Below, one piece after another: positions 43,009 to 56,000 of a DNA stretch of 64,000 bases (position 1 is its first letter; each line of letters opens with the position of its first letter). The position numbers and the translations under genes are program-made. Where the stretch lies: the NCBI GenBank assembly GCA_030248215.1, contig JASANG010003810.1:310001-374000 (forward strand), given 5' to 3'. The stretch is from Enoplolaimus lenunculus. Lineage: Eukaryota. The notes beneath the pieces were generated by a model. It saw only the letters and a program-made list of their open reading frames with translations, did no database searches and had not been told where the DNA came from.

Positions 43009-44453
43009 TGTATAAAGCGACACGCTGAGTTGAATTACGTCATTTTGCGCTGGATGTCTGGTTTAGCGCACGTATTAATTTGCTGTTAATAATAAATTTT
43101 GTAAGTGACAGAAAATTTTAATTTTGTAATAGATATGGGTGGCGCTATACTTGTTTTCAATATGACACTGAATGTATATAAACTTTTCTGGCAGTAACTG
43201 TGATTTAAAAAAGACCTAAATACCCCTAAATTTTACAAACAATATATTAACACCGAAAAAACCAAATATCACAAAAATCGTCAAAAAATTTTATTTCAAC
43301 ATTTTGTCTGAGGTTTGAATACAGAATTTTTGTTCGTTAGCTACAGCTATTTTAGTGGTGAAACACGGTGCCCACCTATAGTTCAAACGTCCCTTTATCG
43401 GACCCAAATTTTTTTTGTGAAAAAGTTAGACACATTTTATACATCATTCGACTCAGCTTCACAAGCTGCGCCGAAAATATGTGTCTATCTTTTTGGCAAA
43501 ATTTTTTTGGGTCCCAAGGGGGAGAACCTAGTGGACCTTTAAAAAATCCGAACTTTTCAACAGCTCCAATATGACGTGGAATGATCACAGCAGGTCATGA
43601 GAAGCTCAAATATGCAAAAATCAAAATCAAACCATTTTTGAGCAAACGCGGGCTGGGGGGGGGGAAAGGACGGAAAAGACCTCAAACTTTCAATTTCGAA
43701 TCAGTTTCGACCAATATTCATTTAAAAGAAACAAAACTTTAGAACGAACGTTGCCCAAAATAGTGTGTGATGCGTTTCATCCTGCTGAGGGAAATATAAC
43801 GTAAAAGACCCAGACATCTGGACCATTTGGGATTCTGAACCATTTGGGATTATTCTTGTAAAATGTTAAATGCTATATAGGGGAGGGGGTTGGTTTACTC
43901 CGTGGAAACACGTCAAAACGCAACCAAAACTTTGTTACGAAAGCCAGCCCCAGATATTAACGAGGCTACATAATTCGTTGCCTATAAATTGATGTCTTCT
44001 TTCCAATTAAAAAAATTTTAGCCAGAGATGAAAATGTCCAGCTGGCTCCCCCCAAAGTTTGCGTTCTGAGTCGATTCATATTGACAAGTCCTGCATTCCT
44101 AGATTTTGAATTTATTTGTACACGGGTTTTCAATGACTTTACAAGCAAGACTGAAAATTTTCTATGAGGAACAAAATTGATCCAGAAGGAATGAGCCCTC
44201 CCGCGCTCGATTGTTTTCCAAAGAGGACAAAAAAGTTCAAAGGGTGGATAGTGCTGCACCCCCTGTGTGCCTATGCCGCAAAAGCTACACAACACTTATA
44301 CATACATATATACATATTTTTTGCAATGGCCAAATGTAAATAAGCCCATAGAACTTGATGCTATCGAGAACGACGAAGCAAGCTGAGGTAGCCTGCCAAA
44401 AATTCCAAGGTGGGGGTCCCTTAATGCCAGACTGGGAGCCCCCTAAACTTTAA

Positions 44454-45036
44454 GGGGTCTTTTCGGTTATCCCCCCAGCTCGCGTTTGCCCAAAAGCGGT
44501 CGGATTTTGAAAAGTTATGCATATTTGAGCTTCTCATGTTTTGTCCTGATCATTTCACACACAAATTTGAATTTTTGAAAAATTTAATTATTTAAGGTCC
44601 CAAGATCAAAAATTTTTTTCGTCAAAAAATTTGACAAATTATATATTATTCGATGCAATTTGCAAATCTGAGTCCACTGGTGTTAAATGTTTTGTAATCA
44701 GACGATTGGTTAACGAGTTATTGTCAAATAACTGATTTGGCGCACTGCCAACGATTTGGGTCGGCGCCAATCGACTGATTGCAAAAAATTCAACACCGTT
44801 GGACTCATCTCCGCAAGCTGTATTTTATGGTATATAATTTGTTAAACATTTGGACAAAGTTTTTTGGGTCCCAAGGGGGTGGGAATTTGGGACCTTGAAA
44901 AATCGAATTTATCCAAAATTCAAATTTGGGGGTGAAATGATCACGGCAAATTATGAGAAGCTCAAATATGCAAAAATTTTCAAAATCCGGCTACTTTTGG
45001 GCAAACGCGGGCTGGGGAGATAACCGAAAAGACCCA
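44454..45036. mobile_element. Palindromic MITE, possibly Kolobok-like
   Basis: TTAA|GGGGTCTTTTCGGTTATC...GATAACCGAAAAGACCC with long inverted arms. Partial relatives at ~43400-43682 and ~54200-54460. The right-hand TTAA is not preserved. Confidence 0.6.
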
Positions 45037-45479
45037 TTCCACGCTGGAGGCCAAAAAATTGCAAGGTGAGGGTCCCTTTCGGTGATCAGAAATATTTTCC
45101 AAAGTTTTTGGTTAAATGTTGTAAAGGTGGGGTCCTCAAATGGTGGGTGTGGGGGCGGCTGCTCCTGCCTTGAGTTTGCAAGTTGCTCACCAAACCAGCG
45201 GAGGAAGTCTTATACTCATTCACACTAGCAGGTCCAGAGGGGGGCGCGGGGCGTTCATGCGGTGATTTCACAAACAAATCTAAGTTTTTAAAGGCCGATG
45301 TTTGCCAGGTTACGACTGAGCAACATGCCCATCCCTTTGCGCGCCCATTTCTTTCATTCCCTCCAATTTTTCATACACCAACACCGTAAAGTCAAGTTTA
45401 CATATTCGTCCGCCAGGCCAACATTTATACATAATAGCAGCATTTCCTTTCATACTATTGGTCAGTCTCGAGAGACCTT

Positions 45480-46303
45480 ATTATAAAACAGCCAATCAGA
45501 AACTAGCAAATTAAACGCTGTCTTGTGTATTTAAACGGTAATCATTTTCGTGGACCGCAAAGAAAATTTTCCCTGCGCCCTATACCAATATTTTTATCCC
45601 TCCACTAACAACTCCTCTTAGCGGGGATGTGACAGATCCCCTTCCGATTTCGAGAGCACCTATGTTCAGGTCAGTAGCTAAGTAGGGGCCAGGGGATGGG
45701 GGTTTAGCCCCCATGAAAAATGTTTCCCTATAAGATTTACAACTTGGACCCCTTCTGAAAAATTTGTAGCCCCTTATCAAAGTGGGCTGGCTTCTAAAAA
45801 ATTTTCAAATGGGGCATTCAAGGGTTTTCAGTGAATTAAAGGTGAAAATTTTCTAGGGGGTCAAAATTTTTTCAAAATTTTTCCAAAGGGGATGAGCCCC
45901 TTCCCTTGACTACGGACCCGTGTCTTTGTTACATATCGCACTAAACCTTAGCGGTTGACGATTTCTGATTGGGCGGAATATTCTTACAAACAGCCAATCG
46001 CAAATGAGCAAGGTTTATGTGTATTTTGAACACGCAGCTACATACACTATGTTGGCGCGTATGTTTTATATGTGTATGTGTTATATGACAACGCTTCTCT
46101 TTTCTCTGTGTATATTTGAAATGACGAAATGTACAACGGGCTAGCTATGTATATTGCTGTAGTGGATAGTTTCGCTGTACGTGTATATTAGTATGGTGTG
46201 GTGTGGTGTATAGGGGTTTTTAAATTCAGGCTTTGTGTTAAAGTTTAACTTAAAATACTATATACCAGTGGCGTTTGGTGCTTGTCGTTTTTATCGTTTT
46301 GCG
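45480..46303 (+). promoter_or_regulatory. Putative promoter and first non-coding exon of the zinc-finger gene
   Basis: CCAAT-type boxes (AGCCAATCA ~45490, TGATTGG ~45966, AGCCAATC ~45992) and a strong donor GCG|GTAAGT at 46303 upstream of the ATG-bearing exon 47007-47068. Confidence 0.4.
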
Positions 46304-47052
46304 GTAAGTTTTTTGATTTTGATTGGTCTCGGCCGGATATCATGGCGCACAATATTTGGGTTCCGTAGCTAGCTAATAAGCGGGAAATTTAAAATTGGTC
46401 AGCTTTCATGGCGACGCGTAAGTTGTCATACAGAACGGCAGGGAAGTTACACTACTTCAACATTTTTACAGATGGATTTCTTGCATCTACAAGTAAGTCC
46501 TCATATGGCTGATTAAAGATTTATTTGAACAAAGCTATCAGCTTAACTGAAACTAAGACGTGGCCGTGGTTATTTTACGATTCAGGAAGGAAATGCGTTT
46601 GGCCCCTGATCCCGTGACATAAAATTCCTGCCAAATCTTAATATCCTTTATGTTGATATTAGTGCGAATACCAGGAGTGCAGCAGTGTTGGTAGACTAGT
46701 CCTTGAAAGGGATACCGGATACCCTAACTATTAAATAGCATGGGAGAAAGCCAATATATGTTAGCTGCACGTGTGCCTTCGCAAAAATTGTGTCGTTTAC
46801 GTAGTGAGGTGAACTTCTGTATATCTAGCTTAAACAGTTGTCTTTGTTATTCGATTTGTTTAAGAACACTATTCTCACTTTTTTGCTCAAAAAGTGCAAG
46901 ACTGGAGGTAGTGGTATATCCAGTGGTTACTGCATCATGTATATGTCGTGGGTCAACCTGCTATTCAGTCCGATTACATATAAATTTATTTTATTATACA
47001 TTACAGGTCTCAGATTGAGCTCAGAAGAATTTGTTGACTCGATCCTGCCGCA

Positions 47053-50000
47053 ATGGCTGACCAACAGAGTGAGTTTGTTACTTTGATTTGCTGTAGTTGT
47101 AGTGCAGCCGTATTTGTGTAAAAAATGCTAGCGTCAAATTTTTCGACACTGGGCTTCGGTATAGAACGGCTCATACGGCATAATTGAATATTATGGCACT
47201 GTTAGAATTGCGTGGAATTCAATGGAATTCAATCTATTCTCGGTTCTTATTAAATTCTGAGATTTTCTGCGCTCATGGTTGCTGGGAAGTTGAAAGTATG
47301 CGAAACATAGGAGTGCTTCATCTACAATTCGTCAGCGACGTTAAACCAGGTAAAATTATACATAATATCTTAAAAACATGAAATTTGTCAATTTTTAGTT
47401 ATGCAGAGGCTAGGAAAAAACAAGGTGGAAGGGTCTTCGTTTGGCTGCTCACTGCTCAGATATAAGTGGGGTTACTGTTTGAACTAGGGAAATTGGGTCA
47501 TTATCTACTTTAAATTAACAATGAATTTTGTCGTTGTTAAGCGGTCTTTATTCGGTTTTAGTAATATTTCAAACTGAAAGTGGAGAGCCGATCGATCCTT
47601 CGACGCTCGGGCTATCCGCCGAGGAACTCGCGGCATTGATAGCCCAAGCGAATACAACCACAGCTACCACAACGGCTTCCGGGGCCGCTGTACAACTAGT
47701 GGGGGGAACTGAATTGAGTAGTTCTGGGGCTGAGGGTTCCGTTGCAACTACCGCAGGAGATGGTAGTGCGACAGGGGCAACAACGGCGGCGACCACTACG
47801 ACAGCTATGTCTATCGAGCAGTTGATTGCGCAGGGTGGCGCGATTGAAGGTATAGAAGGGTTGGTTGAGGGTGCGGAAATTATTCAGTTGCAAGAAGGAC
47901 AAGTTTTGCAGACCGAAGATGGAGAGTTTGTGATTCTACAGGATGAGCAGGCGCCGGCTACGGGCGGTGCGGAAGCCGGACAGCAGCAGGTTATTGATGG
48001 GTAAGTGAATCTGGTCTGGGATGCCTCGGATTTTATTTCTAGTAGGCACTAGTTTAAACTAGGTGTTCGCTACTGCGGGGTGAGAGGCGAAGAGTTTTTA
48101 GCCTTAATTATTTAATTTTTCTTGGACATCAAACACACTTCATTGTGTAATTTTTAAGTTAGCTGTCATTTACGTATTTATTATATAATCGTTCAACAAC
48201 AGGGTGTTCGCCTTTGCAATGGTGACAGCCATCTCTCGGCCAAAGCCTCCAAACTCGCTCAAGTACGGTTCGAGGCCACTCCATCGAAATGGCTAAATCT
48301 GATTTTTCTTTGATAGTAATTTTGTGGGCAACAGTTACCCTCTCACCCAACAACATAACTGAAAAATTTCTCCCGGTTTTCCAAGAGGGGCGGTTGTAAT
48401 CCCACACACCCACGCCGTCGACATCCAGCGAATGCCCAAGTTTGTAATAGAAAAAGTAAAGTTGCTATGGAGGAATAAGGCTTTTTTCTCATTATGGACT
48501 AAGTTGAAATAAAACAATTTAGTTGGCTGCCAGGGATGAGCTGTTTCGGTCTCGGCAAGTCTCGTAATTTGGCTGGTCATGGTCTCGCTTTTCTTGAGTC
48601 TCGGTGGTTTGCAAATCGAGACCAAAGAGGTGAAAAAGAGATAACCATTTGCTATTAGCTGAGCTAGTTTGAATTGATGAAAGGATGCAGCAATGATCTG
48701 CTCGTATTTTAGACTAAATGTACAAGCGTGATCCACTAAAAATACATGCTTGTTTGCTTCATTCAACACTATGACTGTATTAATAAAATGCCAAGTTCCC
48801 TCAACCAACGTGATTATTTTATTACATTATGACAAGGTTTAGCGTTGTTCTTAAGTTTATTTTCATGTTCGCAACGTCTGTTATAATTAGAGTTGGTGAT
48901 TGTGTTATAGTTTTCAATCGTTGAGTTTGTGCCACCGTTCCTAAGTGGTGTAACTAAAGTAAAATATAAAGTTTGGCAGTCATTTATTAGTTTAATTGTA
49001 TGAATTAAAACGGTATATAATTCGTCTTTGTAGATTGGGTCTCGGTCTCGTTTTTTGACCGAGGCCGCCGATCCTTGAATTGGCTGCAACCAGGGTGCAA
49101 CCGGAATTACAATTTACCGGAACCGGAATTTGAAAATTTTACAGGAGCCGGAAAGTGAAAAATGCATTTCACCAAAAATTTCATTTTAATCTTATTTTTT
49201 GCTGTTATTTGTGTAATAACCTTAGTCGAACATAGGTATTTATTTTATTTGTTGTATTTTAGATTTTCATCATTGACTGAAGTGAAATCCGCCATCAATG
49301 GCTTATATTCTGTGATTGTCAAGATTTATATATACATTTCCAGTAAAATGCTTTTGTCCACAACAATAACCACTGCATGAACAAGCAATTCAAAAACACT
49401 AGAAGTACAAGTGGCTTGCAAAAGAGATTCTTAAAAATTAGCAAAGTTAAGAAAACGGCCAAATTATAACACCGGAATTTTTAAACCCGGTAAAAATTTA
49501 CCGGAACCGGAAGGTGAAAAAATGCCGGAACCGGAATTCCGGTTGCACCCTGGCTGCAACTAGTATTGCCAAAACTGAAGTTGGTATATACGTACGTAAT
49601 ACCGGGGTTGAGCAACCGTCGGCAAGAATGAGACTACTTTCCTTCCGATAATAGGTAGAAAATAGTCATTATTTTTTATTTTGTATTGGATGTGCTTTTG
49701 CCAAACTTAATCAGGGTTCAACCGGATACCTAAAAGTACCGGAGCTGAAGCGTAATATTTAAGTGCATATTTAAATATAAAGTTAAATTCAATCACACAT
49801 TTATATAGTATCATATACGTATGCATACTAATTGCTTTCGTTCTTGGATTGTATATTATACATTTGCTCAAAAGAACCTTAGTACCGATTATTTTAACTG
49901 GTCTTGAAGCACTTATTAATATCGTTTCTAATAATAAATAGTAATACGTATAATAGGGTTCATGTCATGCGTTTCAGCTATATATCAGGAGCCAATATAG

Positions 50001-53000
50001 ATCGATTGTTTTCTTGAGCCAAGTCGGGTGTCCTGTTGTAACCAGGGTGCAACCAGAATTCCGGTTCCGGTTCCGGCATTTTTTCACCTTCCGGTTCCGG
50101 TAACTTTTTACCGGATTTAAAGATTCCGGTGTTATAATTTGGCCACTTGTACTCCGAATATAAACCATTGATGGTGGATTTCACTTCAGTCGACGACGAA
50201 AATCTAAAATACAACAAATAAAATAAATACCTGTGTTCGACTAAGGTTGTTTCACAAATAATAGAGCGAAAAATAAGATTAAAATGAAATTTTTGTGAAA
50301 TGCATTTTTCACTTTCCGGTTCCGGTAAATTGTAATTCCGGTTGCACCGTGGTTGTAACCATAATAACTACATATTTATTATACACCTTGAAACGTTAAT
50401 ATTTCTATTTTTAGCGATGCCAGCAAAGTTAAACTTCACGAAATTACATCTGTTGTTTCAAGAGGCGGATCGAAGACCGACGGTGCAGCGATTTCCGCTA
50501 GTGATGGCGGTTCGCAGAATCAAGGTGCGTAAAGTTTGGCGAATCTGGTTTTACATTCCTCATTCCAAGATATGCTTATATTTTGTTCCAGTTAAATGAG
50601 CATTTCCTTCCAGTTGATTTTGTAACTTGTAGAACGGAATTCAGTAACTCCATAGTTGCGAATTATGTTCCAACCTTAAGTTATTAACGCATAGTAAAAA
50701 TATAGTTCGGCGGCGATTTATGAGTTTAATTATATGAAACGGCAATTCAGAGCAGATAAAAATATTCAAAACGTTTGTTAAAAAATCTTTTTATTTTCGG
50801 TAACGGTTAAAAATTGATCGAGACCGAGAGCAAAAGTGTCGGTCTCGGTCGGTTGGGTTGCGGTCTCGGTCGGTTGGGTTGCGGTCTCGGTCTCGCTTTT
50901 GGCCGAGACCGCTCATCCGTGCCCCTGGTTATGTTCACTAGAACAGAACTAGTTATATTACAATATTAAGCTATTAAAATCGTTTAACAAGCAAGAATTT
51001 CGCAACTTGGACAGAACATTCGATCAGTCCGAGTTCAATATCTCAAAATGCCAACATCTTCAAATACAGCTAAACATTCGTTTGTTTTTCGAATTTAAGT
51101 TATCTAATACATCTGTGTTCTGTAGGAACAAATTAATACAGGTCAGTATGCAACCGGGATTCCGGTGCCGGCATTTTTTCATCTTCCTGTTCTGTTAAAT
51201 TTTTACCGGAACTTCGAAGATAGATTTCGCTTCCGTGGATTATGAAAATCTAAAATACAGCAGGAAAAGTTAATACCTATCTCCAACTAGGGTTATTTCA
51301 CCAATAATATTACAAAAAAGAACATTAAGATGAATTTTTCGGTGACATGTATTCCTCATATTCCGGTTCCGGTTCCTGTAAATTGTAATTCCGGTTACAC
51401 CCTGATACAGGTACACGTTTTTAAAGTTTTGGTATGATCGAAAAGCCAAATTCTCACGCGTCGACGTCAGATAAAGATTACATTAAATATTTGGTCCTTG
51501 GCCGCGGAAAATTAAGTGTTGGCTTCGGTTCTGGGGCCAGGCCACATGGTATCTCTAGATATTCTGAATATAGCGATAGTGATTATAACTCTTGATATGC
51601 TTGTAGGTGAAAGTGTGGAAATGAGTGTTTCAAGTGCTGCAGCAACTACTAGCCCAACCCGGACTGATCATGCGATTAAATTTAAAGGTATATATTTCAT
51701 TTTAAATTTTGTTCACTGTCTAATTTCTTAATACATTGCATGGGCGTATCCAGGATTTTGGAACCTGGAATTGCATTGTATAAAAATTTTGATGAGGATA
51801 CCAACTGAAAAAATTCTTAAAAGAACAAAATGTATGATGTGGTTGACCCTCCCCTCTTTCCTGGCTACCACGGTTCCACCGAAATACAAATTTTTTACGG
51901 TTTTGGGGCAAATAATAAGTATCAGGCAGCATAGAAAACGCGTAAAAATTTTCACTGCAATAAGTGCAGTGTAACTTATTTTGGAGACACTAGTTTGGTA
52001 TGCAAGTTCCTGTTGTCGTTGTTGTTGTTGAAGCCAGTCCTCCATTCCGTTATCATTGTTGAGTAGACAGCCCTAGGGCTGTTGCAGCACGTACGGGATG
52101 ATTCCATAGGTCCGTGACGACCGCATCACGTGGTTTTGCTGGGCAATTGAACAGGTGTAACGTATCGTGCATCGGAGCGTTGCAATCCGGGCATTCGTCT
52201 CGTGCATCGGGGTCGAGTCTGCTTTTGTAGGAGTTTAGGATGTGCAATATCCAGATCGGAGTTGCGACAGCGTGCTACGTGTTTGTCGCGGCAAATACTG
52301 TTCTTCTTTGGCGACGGGTGGTGCTGGAGCGCCAAGCAGGCGATTGACGGGGTTGTGCGAAATGGTTGTGCGCACTGCTCTCTCGTGCAGCCATTTCGTC
52401 TTTCCCTTCATAGTAGCGTCTGCTCTAAGCTGATTTGCTGCCTCTGCGATAAGATGTTGATGATGAGCGAAGATCTGAGTTTTCATGTAACGAGGTGGAC
52501 GAGGCGCTTCTGCAATGTTGTGACATGGATGCTTGGGGTATGTACACGCCAGTGCAAACTGCGTCGCTAGCAGTTGGTTGTGCTCTTTGACAGGTAACAT
52601 TTGACACTCCTGATGAAGGTGGTCACTCGACGCCATAAGATGGCATCCAGAGGCTATTCATGGGCAGCGTTTTGAGATAAATGGATTCGGTTGAGGCTGG
52701 ATGCTGATGCTACATCGCTCCAGGTCGGTGCTGCATAGTTTACGATCGATCTTCCAGTAGCCTTGTACGTCATCAGGATAGTCTCTTTGTCCTGGCCCCA
52801 AGTTGACCGGGCCAGGGCCTTAAGGACGGAGTTGCGTTGATTAACCCGGTTGACAACGTTCTTGCAGTGTGGACCGAAGGTGTACATGGTGTCCAATGTT
52901 ACGCCATGGATTTTGGGCTGCCGATCCAGCGGTAGCACAGCACCATCAATCATGACATTGGGGTGCATGGTAGCCTCCTTTGTGAAAGGTGTAAAGACGG

Positions 53001-56000
53001 TTACCGTGGATTTGGTCGCGGACAGTTTAAAGCATAATATGACGAATTTTTGTAGAACTTTAAAATGTAGCTGAAGAAAATAGAAAGCAGGCTTTGCGTT
53101 ACAATAAAATATATATAATTCGCTGACGTAATGTGTTTGATTGATTTCCGGTTTGTGTTCCGACGAGAAAGAATGAATTCTTTCTTTCTGTGAAATGTAG
53201 TTCCTGTTGGAATCCTGTCGGCTAATTACTGATACGTTGTGACCTTTGAATTGAATACTGCTTATAGGCAAACTTACCTGTGACAACTACATCGGAAAAT
53301 TAGCCTGGCCTGCATGAAAGTAGAATGAAGTGCATCAATTATTCGAAATTAATTACTCTCGTGCTCTGAAATGTAGCCTTCCTTGGAGTCAGCAACATAA
53401 ACAGCCGCAGTCAAACTTTCCAGCGATTGTAAATTTGGTTTTTTAACATTCAAAGATATTGCGTGCATGTCCTCATGGATCAGGGTATCCAGCAGTTTTT
53501 CATGATAGTCACTTTTGTTTCGACATAGACTACTTTCATTCAGTATATGTCGCACTCGCAGAATATTTTTGTAGCCACTAGCGCAGCTGGCGCAGAGCTG
53601 AAAGGAAAATATTATTCTTGCTACAGCTTCTCTATCTAGCTTGCGTAATTAATATTCGCAAGCGCCCCATGGTACAAGTATATATTTCTTAAAACGCGAT
53701 ATATTAATCTCATTTGGTCTGAAAATATGCTAAGATTAAAAGTATCGGTGTCGGTATGCGGTCAAAAATGCCGATACCCTAATTTTACCGATACATCAGT
53801 TCAACATCTCACATTAAAACATCTGCTATTTTGAATGTAATACTAATTTTGTATTTAGTAATGATCTTTTGATGTTGATAGGCGAAGACAGCAAGTTATT
53901 GTTCGACCCAAGCGTCGTTAAACCACCGTCGAGACCACAGCGAAGCCCACCTCCGCCTGGCGGTCGGCCGATTGAGAAAAATGCTCCTAAAGGTAAATGT
54001 AGTAAGCCTCGCAGGTTTCCATATGTTCGTGCGACGAAAATTTTTTCTGCATAGTTTGTATTAAGTTGTAGTCATTCTTCTGAAAAATGTTGAAAAAATT
54101 ACGCTTAGCGCAAATTAACTAATCACGCATTATCGGCCATTTTCAGCGTGTAATCGAGTGGTTTTCAAGCTTACCCTGTGAAAAAAGTGAGCTAACTGCG
54201 CGGTTGCCCAAAGGCGGTTGGATTTTGAAAACTGTGGCATATTTGAGCTAAATTTGGTTTTTAAGGTCCCATTCCAGGGTCTGTCCGTGGGACCAAAAAT
54301 TTTTTGTTATAAAGTTAGACTAATTATATACCATTCGACGCAGCGTGTGGAGCTGAGTCCAATTGTAATATGTTAAAATTTTTAGTCAGACTACTGGTTA
54401 ACGAGTTATAGTCAAATAAATGATATGGGTCATCCCAAATTGTTGGCAGTGCGCCAAATCAGTTATTGGATCATAACTCGTTTTGCCAAAAACCTTTTTA
54501 ATCTTTCAGATCTCAATTTACCGTTTCAATGTCCACATTGTGCGCGTCGATTCGGCGCTGAACATCATCTAAAACGTCACGTTGACTTGGCGCACGTCAT
54601 CAAAAAGACATTCTTTTGCCCACCGTGTAACAAATCGCTCTCGTTTATGACGGCGTCAAATTTTGAAGCGCATGTTCGTATGACACACAATATTGTGAAG
54701 CCGTATCCGTGGGAGAAACCGGATCCAGTTGGAGGGCAGAAAACTGGGACTGACGCAGGCCAGGATAGTATGGATATCGGTGGAGACGGTGGTACGTTTT
54801 TGACAAATGTTTTAGGACACGAGTGAGTTCGAAAGATGTTCTAAGTTCTATATTTGTGGTCTTGGTTGGTGGTGCAAGTTATGTGTTGCAGGTATTGCCT
54901 CGTAATGTTGAAGTATGTAACGTTATAAACAGTGTGAGTCCGAACAGGTGCATAGCCAGGGTTTTGGAAAAGGAGTCATCTTCTATGAAAATTTTCTAGC
55001 CGTAGTTTGTTGGGTTATCAGCATAAAAGTTGCTAAAGACCCGGGACGAAAATTGCAAAGTGGATTTTGACTTAGACTACGCCCTTAAATAAGGATGCTG
55101 TGTTTAATGGGGCTTCTCTAAGTTTTATTTTATTCTATTTCGCAATATAGTAATTCGCGGATATTCCATTTTCTATACGCATGGTTGAGAAGCGTAGTCA
55201 ATAAATACAGGGCGATCCGATACCCGGTTCCGGTTTAATTGGCATCCCGACAATTAACCGACATCGGTATCCGATTCCATAATAAACTCACCAGATACTG
55301 GTGGTTTGCGGTTGTGGCCCTGAATATTATAAAACAGGTTTTCACATAAACGCTCGGAAAGTAACACTGACAACGACGTCAGCGTATTTCTGCGCTACTC
55401 AAAAACTACCAACGTGCACAAATTTGGTGTATATATATTGATTAACATCCGGTTCCATTAAAAATTAATAATATCTGGTCAATACCTGATTTATATATAT
55501 ACTGGCTGAAGGGTTGTATTTATTATCAGGGACTGGTGTGTCAAGCAATATGCCTCCATCAACTATGGAATTAACCCCAGCAAATCAGCCGTCAGAAGCG
55601 GATCCGCCAGCAATTGAGTTGCAGGTCTGTAAATGGAGCAACATTTTGATTTTACAGAATCGTTTGCATGGTACAGCCGGAATTCCGGTTCTGGTTTGGA
55701 AATCCGATGGTTTTTCACCAGAGTTTTCGGCGTTGATAATTTTTCGTTTTTAACTTAAACTCAGTGTTTTTCATTGGTAGAAGCAAAACGATGGCGAAAT
55801 CTGAGCTTTTCACGGATTTTGCTGGCTTCCCTGCACGATTGTTGCCAATTGGCAAAAATGCAGGGGCTCTCTGGTTCGGAGCCGGGGTGCTTGTAATTTT
55901 TTCAGGGGACCTAGATTTTGCATATAAATACTGATTGTTTTCAACAGACATTCATCGAAAATGTTAAAATTATTTCATTATCGGCGTAAAATCTATGTAG

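Noticed and set aside
48159..48808. Minus-strand ORFs inside a zinc-finger intron
   Set aside because: They overlap a MITE and have no recognisable domain or splice support.
53040..53555. Minus-strand ORFs upstream of the LINE fragment
   Set aside because: AT-rich with no recognisable RT or endonuclease motif. The fusion to the RT frame in ORF 52654-53286 appears coincidental.
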